DNA of 58,323 nt, filler included, from Sphacelaria rigidula (taxonomy: Eukaryota), in assembly GCA_964200075.2 (NCBI GenBank). It is 10 parts of 10 records of this genome, joined end to end, with 100 filler letters (N's around TTAATTAATTAA, not from the genome) between each part and the next. Parts side by side here need not be neighbours in the genome. Positions count along the whole stretch, not along the records: positions 46,740 to 52,481 come from CAXNAA020024816.1; positions 52,582 to 58,323 come from CAXNAA020024817.1; 8 more parts are not named here. The stretch is one strand, 5' to 3'. Below are positions 50,837 through 58,323 of this stretch, piece by piece. Under the pieces are notes generated by a model. The model did not search any database, was not told the DNA's origin, and was given only the letters and a program-made list of their open reading frames with translations. The stretch's first letter is position 1, and every line of letters begins with the position of its first letter. The position numbers and the translations under genes were made by a program.

Positions 50837-51186
50837 GTGATGGCGCATGATGATCATCTCGGATTCACGGGAGCGATCGGCTCCATCGATGTCACCCACA
50901 TGAAGTGGGCATCCTGCCCGTACTTGTGGGAGAGGCAGCACAACGGGAAGGAGGGTTTCGCGACCATCGCGTACCAAGCGATTGTGGATCACACCGGGCG
51001 ACTCCTGGCCGCGACCACGGGCTATGCCGGTTCGATGAACGACGAGACTATCATCCCATACGATGCACCCAGCGAAGAAATCCAAACCTCTAAGGTCTAT
51101 ACGGAGAAGGTGTACTCTCTCTTCGACGAGCATGGTGTGTCTTTCGAGCGCAAAGGCAACTACAGTATCGTGGACGACGGGTACAG
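50837..51186 (+). pseudogene. PIF/Harbinger-type transposase, catalytic exon (truncated)
   Basis: GFTGAIGSIDVTHMKWASCP..GKEGFATIAYQAIVDH..GYAGSMND..YSIVDDGY covers the first and second catalytic Asp regions. CAG| acceptor; phase-0 join DQDE|VMAH. Confidence 0.85.
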
Positions 51187-51640
51187 ATGAATCCGTCGGC
51201 GGAAGATGGGTAATGAGGAGGATGAGTAACATGTAATGGAGGCCCCAACAAGACTAGGCATAAGCATGTCTATTCGAGGTGGTGCCGAGATACCATGCGG
51301 CGATGACCGTAAAGGACAGCGGCGTCACCTACAGCGAGACTGGGAAGTTGGCGGCGGTAGTGAAGAACTATGAGTCGTAAACTCAGCAAAGATGGAGGGC
51401 TCGTGAACTTTGCGTCATCCAGCCACTGGAGGAAGGCCTCGACTGCGAACGACTCATAGTTCTTCACTACCGCCGCCAACTTCCCAGTCTCGCTGTAGGT
51501 GATGCCGCTGTCCTTTACGGTCATCGCCGCATGGTATCCCGGCACCACCTCGAATAGGCATGCTTCTGCCATGTTCGGTTGGGGCCTCCATTGCATGTTG
51601 CTCATCCTCTTTATTACTCATTCCGCCGACGGATTCATCT
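51185..51640. repeat. Long inverted repeat: arms 51185-51378 and 51449-51640, 70-bp loop
   Basis: AGATGAATCCGTCGGCGGAA...GAAGAACTATGAGTCGT is mirrored by ACGACTCATAGTTCTTC...TTCCGCCGACGGATTCATCT. Confidence 0.92.
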
Positions 51641-53272
51641 TCAGTAGCAACAAGGGGAGCATGGTCGCTTACTTATGTGCTCGAAAGAGCTGGCGCTGGT
51701 ATTAGTTGGGTGGTGATGACCTCTCTGCGGCGGTGACCCTGCAGCAATCCAGTACACCACCACACATGATACACGTACAGGACTGTGAGCTGTTGAAACA
51801 CGCTTAACATGAAACTCAAAACATTGGTGGAGGTGTATAAATCAGAACAGTATGGTATGAAAGTCTGTGTGCTGCCATAACATCGTTCCCGAAACCGAAT
51901 TTGCCGCGGATTTGTGTCCCAAGGATTCACAGATCTATGGGCCAAAGATCCGTTGCCATAACATCCGGCCTAAGATAGGGCCTACGACAGGCCCTTAGAC
52001 CCACTTTTATGGAAAACCAATCTCGATATTTTGGGACCCCGATTTTGAAAAAATCGGAGGTACTCAAATTCGTGAACTCAAAATCGGGGGAACCGTTTTA
52101 TGGCACAGACGGTACAGTATCACAGATTTGTGAAACGGTTCTGTACACAGACGGTCCTTTTTTGCATGAGTGTGGCACTGTGTACTTGTGCATGAAGCCG
52201 AAGAGCAGGCAGGCGGTATACAATCCTTCGAGTACAGTGTCGTACCTTGATACCCTGGGGTTATACAGTGCAGGACACTTCATCAGTACAGTACATGGTA
52301 ATGCCTTGTGGTGGTACATGATTGCACGGTCGGTATTGCGAGAACAGAAAACAAACAGTGCGCGAGCAGAGATCAATAGTGCAGTGCCGCACATCACCCC
52401 TCAAGCACTGCGACAACAGCTAGAAAAGTACACTAGCGTTCGTTATAGTGATACATATGGCAGCGCAGCGCAGTATAAAATNNNNNNNNNNNNNNNNNNN
52501 NNNNNNNNNNNNNNNNNNNNNNNNNTTAATTAATTAANNNNNNNNNNNNNNNNNNNNNNNNNNNNNNNNNNNNNNNNNNNNTGTCTGACACACTTATGAG
52601 CCTCTTTTTTCGTGCAACCAAATACCCGCCCCCCTATCGTAGGATGACTCTACGACAGTCAGAATAACACGGGGGTGCCTCACTAAATACGAGTAAAAAA
52701 CGCGGGAAAATAAAATGCAACTTGCTGACTACGGGGCGGCTTGAGCAGACAAACACAACGCCAAGCAACACCAAGGCCTACCAACCAAGCAGAACAAAGT
52801 CCGTTTATCGACGCCAATTGCCATAATGATGGTCTTGCTAATGTGTTGGCTTGGGTCTCTCAGTATTAGTGCCAGGGGATACCATGGTACCAGCCCACCA
52901 AGCTCTCAATCGTAGGCAACATCATACAGACCTATAGCTTATCCATCAAACCACAGTATACACAGGTTCATTTATGTAACCTGCTGGTCGACGACTTACA
53001 TGTTGATAGCATCATATCATATCTACAAGGAGCTCTCTCACACAGTACAGCCGGGGCGCAGCCATAGGAGCAGAGCGTAGTGATGGTGCCTGAGTAGCGA
53101 TACTAGGTCAGCGACCAAGGCAGAGCCAGCAAGTGATCGGGGTGGCATCTGGCCACGTCGGACACTCAAAGAATGACAATAACGAACGCGGCAAAAACGC
53201 GTCACGGAACCCAGGGTCTATGAGCAGACCCGCACATTGTGATATCTTGCAACGCCACTGGGCTTCATCACA

Positions 53273-53743
53273 GCAAACAGATTTTTTGCCCACGCATTGT
53301 TCATTCTTGGGGTGTTTGATCCACTCGTTGATCCCCAAACAGTGAAAATCGCCAACACACGTCTCGGACACTTTGCATCACCCCACAGAGAGGAGCCTAA
53401 CCTACTTTTCAGATTCGCTTGGCTCCGATGTTTCGAGATCGGTCGCCGAACAATAATTCGTGTGAAACAATCTGTGCTTGCCAACATGCGGCAGTTTGCC
53501 CAATAATCTGTGGAGATCGCCGTAGATTGCATTGCACACGGTTTATTGTTCAGCGGCCTCTCTCTAACCTCGGAGCCAAGCGAATGTGAAAAGTGGGCTA
53601 GGCTCCTCTCTGTGGGATGATGCAAAGTGCCCAATACGTGTGTTGTTGGCGATTTTCCCTGTTTGGGGGTCAGAAAGTGGGCCAAACGTCCCAAAAGTGA
53701 ACAATCCGTGGGCCCAAAACTCTGTGTGCCATAACATCCGGCC
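53273..53743. mobile_element. Second copy of the palindromic Harbinger-type MITE (left TIR missing)
   Basis: Collinear with 4955-5417; ends TGCCATAACATCCGGCC-TTA. Confidence 0.8.
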
Positions 53744-54530
53744 TTAGCACAAAGGGAGGAAAGTAAGAAAAGTAAAACGATTTTTTGCGGTGTGGGGTTT
53801 TGGTGTGGGGTGAGGTGGGGTTTCTGGTTGTTTTGTGTGTTCTGGAAGTAGGAGAAGGAAGTAAGGAAAGCAAAATTATATTTTTGGGATGTGGGGGTTT
53901 GGTTTGGGATGAGGTGGAGTTTTGAGTTGTGTTGTGTTTTGGAACTTGGAGAAGAAAACAAGAGACGTATGTGGGGGCTTGGTGTGGGGTGAGGTGATTT
54001 TTTCTTGGTTCGGCTTTTTTGGAACCAGGGGAATACAGGAAGAAAGTAAAATGCTATACTTTTGCGGTGTGGGGGCGTGGTGTGGGGTGAGGTGGGGTGT
54101 TTTGGTTGTTTGGCGTTTTTGAAACTATTAATAGGATAATACAATATATTATGCGTCATATGTCAATTTTCGGGCCGTTGATGAGTTTCTTGATGCGTTG
54201 AACTCGAATATCTCCGAAACTTGGCCTGGAATACGTAGCGTGGAATTGCTCTGTACTAAAATTGGTGAAAAACATAACCGGTGACCGCAAACTTCAAGTA
54301 AACTGGACAACTGGCGCCCTAGCCCCCAGCTTCTGGGTTTGATCGACAGTAGTTACTGGTCCAGTTCACAGCTCTGAATGAAACATATACAGAGGGAGTC
54401 CGGAGAAATACAGAGATGTGAATTGTGAACAGAAGTAATGTTACTCTAGTAGTGGTAGTTTTTCATCCAGGGTAGGGAAAGCAGGTAAGCCGAGTGAGAA
54501 CATTGAGTAACATTGGGGAAATAATGAATT

Positions 54531-54609
54531 AATAGCCGATCATCGAAATTGAGGATGGAGCTTTTCATTGAGGATGGGAAAGCCCCGGAAAGGCGCACGG
54601 AAAGTGCCC

Positions 54610-54641
<32 letters not shown>

Positions 54642-55442
54642 CCCCGTGAATATTCCAGTAGTTCTTGGATTAAAGTGCGAATATGGCAAAAAAATGCTGC
54701 GGCCACCGAAAACTCAAAACTGTTCTGAAACCGTCTCGAGTTTATTTTGATCCGACGGACCGCCCAAAACTCAAAAGCCGGCGTGACCCCTCTTCACCAT
54801 TTTTAATAATCCAACTCGCCGCTGATCATAACGTTCTTATTAATTCGTATTGAAAGCAATCGCTGAAAAATAATTTTGCATTTTTGCTTGGTCAAACCTG
54901 AACTCCAAGTTTGAAAAGGCGCTCTTGTTTGTTTGAAATTCAATTTCAGGTCCTGACCTGCATTTATATGAAAAAATATTCCCGACCACCAGGTATAGGT
55001 GACACAACCATGTCAGCGATCCCGTCGGACCCCAAGAATTCGAATCTCACTCTACTGCTGCTTTTATGTGACACTTTCTACGATAGCCCCCCCCCCCAAA
55101 AAAGTGCATGTTTTGGGGCGGCAAAATCTCCACGTAAATCGACATGGGAAAAGCCGAGCACAACGAGCAGCTGGGAATTCCCTTGCTTGGGTCCGCTTTA
55201 GCAAATGCCGCCAATATGAAGCGCTTTATGCAGCCTGAACATAAACATCAGGCGCCGTATGGCTATATGTCTAGGGACACTTTTGGGCTGGTTTTGGGGG
55301 GGGGCTATCGTAGAAGATGTCATATTCATCTTTGGGCACCGGACTCTTCGGGGGCAAAGTATATGGGCACTTCGCGCGCGCCGTTCCGGCGCTTTCTTAT
55401 CCTCAATGAAAGCTCCATCCTAGATTTCGGTGATCGGCTGTT
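54531..55442. mobile_element. MITE/foldback of the AACAGCCGAT TIR family with an inner inverted repeat (~55069-55322)
   Basis: AATAGCCGATCATCGAAATTGAGGATGGAGCTTTTCATTGAGGAT versus ATCCTCAATGAAAGCTCCATCCTAGATTTCGGTGATCGGCTGTT; (TA)n at ~54609-54637; inner CTACGATAGCCCCC / GGGGGCTATCGTAG. Confidence 0.75.
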
Positions 55443-57406
55443 GAATGCAAAATAATACAGTATACATGGGGCGCGGACGTTGATTTTCCCGTAAAAGTGA
55501 CAAAGATGAAGTCATTGAATATTTCCCAACTTCCTATCGGAGCTTGAGTCTTCGTCAGCTAGAACGGGGGCGGGGATGATGTGTCGTTATTTTTAGATGG
55601 CTCAATCCTTGAGCTAAAAGCTGGCTCGTTCCTTGAGCTACAGGCTGGCTCGTGCCCATCATCCAAAAACAGCCGATTTTAAATTTTGGGGTTCAACACT
55701 AAAATGGGGCTGAAGTTGTGATAGTAAATGAGTGTCTGAATCAAAACTAGTTCTTGTGGATATGCGGATGGCCCCTAGAAACGACCAGCGGGTATGGAAG
55801 GATTCTAGTCGAATGTGTGATTGTATAAGGCAGGATTCGATCCTTGTATTGTTGCCGCAGCGGGTTGAAGGCAAAAGGATTGTACCCGATTAGCCGCGTG
55901 TACCTGCTGCTACTACAGCTTTGATTGGCTTAAGGTACAGTGCGCCATGTTGAGTGGTATTTGTATGATGAGATTGTATGCGTAGCTAGGAGTTTTTGAG
56001 GGCAAAGGTGAACAGCATCGCCCACGATATTCACTTGCAACCCACCGTCAGAAACAGCTACCGTAGAACTTATCACAAGAAGGACCATCAGCTTTCATCT
56101 GTCCTGCGCGACGTCTCCCCTTCTGCCGGCAAGCTATGACGAGCTATAACACGAGTGAGTCACAAGTAATATAACCCCTTGATATCACAGTGGTGTTTCC
56201 TTTTCAGAAAGAGCTCAGTGCTCACTTTCTGCTGCAGCTGTCGGCTGTTGACGAGTGCCTTGGTTTGATAAAAACATATAGTTTGAGTGTAACAAGTCAA
56301 TCCAGGACCGCGGCAGACACCCCACAAGGGTGTGGCTTGCTTGCGCTCGGGGTATACGGCGCTACTGCTTGCTGTAATTGCTTATACCGTGACATTCATG
56401 GGGCTTCAGAGGTAGCTTGTGGCCTCAAGCTGTACTGTTTTTCTCTCCGTGGGCTGCTGTTGTACGCGTTCCAGCCCACCACAACCCTTCGTTGGTTTGA
56501 TTTTTTCAAGCCCTGTATTTTCGGTCTTTGATTTGCACTTGATTTTGTGTACACCGTTCAGCGGGTGATACGCTGTTTTTCTTACGACAAGCTGTCCACG
56601 TGCTACTTCCAGTTGTCTGGTATGAACACAGGCCACAGATGTCGCGCAATGTACCCAGTCCCGTCTCAGACATTAACGAACGCACGCTCAGGCGCTTGGG
56701 GCGCGCCCGCGTTCGCGCGCGATTTCTCGCTACACAGCAAACTCCTTCCCCACCCACAGTTCATATTGACGTGACACGTCAATACCCCGGGACGGATGGA
56801 CTCTCTTTCGTACCGTTGTACACGGTTCGAAAAACCAACAGCGTCACCAACCACGTCCAATCTGTATACCCGCCCCACATTCCCTCCAAACACGGGCCCT
56901 TGTTGTCCATGCCGCTCGAGTTTTTATTACAGTACGCTTGTTCTAGATACACTTGATTCTACCCTTCGCTGCAACACCCCTCCGCAGTTCTTCTCGGCTC
57001 GGGAAACACCGAGCCAACCGATTTGTGCCCCACTACCGGTCTCTGTTGGCAGACAGAGCGGGCGCGGGCTGTTTCAAATTCAACCCGCTGTACAGGCAAT
57101 GCATTATTTTTTTCCAACACGGAATATTCCACCGAACTGTCCGATTCTTTCATCGATGCTTCATCGATGGAGCAAAATTGCCCGTACAAAGAAGGTTTGT
57201 CTCTACACACGCCCGCCTGTACCAACACCGCAACAGGTGCCTCACAATCGGGGCGGAGCTTTTATATCCCTCCGATACCGACGAACCCACCAACTAGCCA
57301 TACCACTCGGTCAAAATTCCCGCATCAATGTACGACGCCCCGATCCTTGATCAATCTCTTGATTTTCACGTTGCCTATACCACGTTCCTCCCCAGGCATA
57401 CATACC

Positions 57407-58218
57407 ATGTCCGATATCGCACGCACGACGGGTTCACCTGCCCAAGATCTATTCACGGATGATGACAACCCGGGGACGAACCAAAATACCAGGCCTGTTA
57501 GTATGGGCGACAACGATCAGGACCTAGGCGTAGACGATTACGTAGACGGTCGTACTCCCTCCGAGACACCGGATGTCGATACGGGAATTGCCCCTCCTCT
57601 GACTACCGCGAACGTGATCACTGACAACAGTGTCACGCCTCATCCGCCATACACTCTAGACGTTGACCAACCGTCGGGATCTTCCTCAACGCTACCCAAT
57701 GTTCAGCCAAACCCTGAACCGGACACTGCACCACCGGCGACAGCTGATGGTGTTTCGAACAAACACACCACCACGACGCGCCACCCAAAAAAGTGAGGGA
57801 CAAATCTAAAAACCAATTCCAGCACTCTCGGCCTGAGCTCATCCCACCTCATTTGTGGGAACAGCGGACACCTTTGGAGCAGGCAGAATACTGGGATGCT
57901 CTTTTTTTACAGGCCGATAAGGCCAAGGCAGAACGCGATAGGCGCCAAGAATTTGATCGCAGTCAACTCCTCTACGCACTCAACGTGATGTGGACCATCA
58001 GAGACAGGCCCTTGCTCTGCAACAGAAAAAACAAAGTAAAGTGTTGCGCCAATCAGCAAAAGCTGTTCAGACCGCACAGTTACAGCTGGAAGAAGCCCAG
58101 CGAACTCACAGTTTGCACTCTGAGCAAGCAACAGTCCGTCTCTCTGTATCACAGTCCGGTTTGGACGAACAACTCAGACGCCTCCGTCTCCTGCATGTCT
58201 ACCCCTCCTCATCCTTAG
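57407..58218 (+). other. Possible gag-like or other TE-derived disrupted ORF
   Basis: ATG at ~57407 starts a Pro/Thr/Asp-rich stretch, followed after a frame change by a helical segment (HLWEQRTPLEQAEYWDALFLQ). No diagnostic motif. Confidence 0.25.
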
Positions 58219-58323
58219 ATGAACCGAAAACTTCATCCAAGGTCACTCACATCACCAACCCAGTCTTCGAGATTGAATCACGTACAGAGTCCCCTCTCCA
58301 CACGGGACTACCCCGCCCCCCAC

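Noticed and set aside
53218..54159. 313-aa minus-strand ORF
   Set aside because: It runs through a low-complexity GT-rich repeat and a non-coding palindromic MITE; no domain signature.
1..58323. Functional linkage among PIF1, the YR element and the transposases as one system
   Set aside because: They lie on different contigs joined artificially, so co-occurrence carries no information.

Overview
Eukaryotic, repeat-rich DNA. The window is not one locus. It is ten unrelated contigs of 5742-5743 bp (1-5743, 5844-11586, 11687-17429, 17530-23271, 23372-29113, 29214-34955, 35056-40797, 40898-46639, 46740-52481, 52582-58323) joined by artificial 100-bp spacers (N44-TTAATTAATTAA-N44), so nothing can be inferred across spacers. 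Short GT-AG exons in long TE-filled introns and the element families suggest a brown-alga-like (stramenopile) genome; this is inference. Host-gene content is small: two exons of a PIF1 helicase, a probable kinase exon and a terminal exon of an unknown protein. Most of the window is mobile DNA. (1) A decayed tyrosine-recombinase (DIRS/Ngaro-type) retrotransposon with RT, RNase H, a methyltransferase-like domain and a recombinase carrying a Zn-ribbon plus ALOG domain; it has 3' split direct repeats and apparent spliceosomal introns. (2) An IS630/Tc1/mariner-type transposase pseudogene rearranged into a 282-bp inverted duplication. (3) A spliced PIF/Harbinger transposase that runs into a ~193-bp inverted duplication. 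(4) Two LINE fragments. (5) tRNA-derived SINEs. (6) Many MITE/foldback families, one with a demonstrable empty site and a 4-bp TSD, and one whose terminal repeats are hairpins fused to inward-facing tRNA-like Pol III promoter boxes. No CRISPR array, rRNA or intact tRNA is supported.
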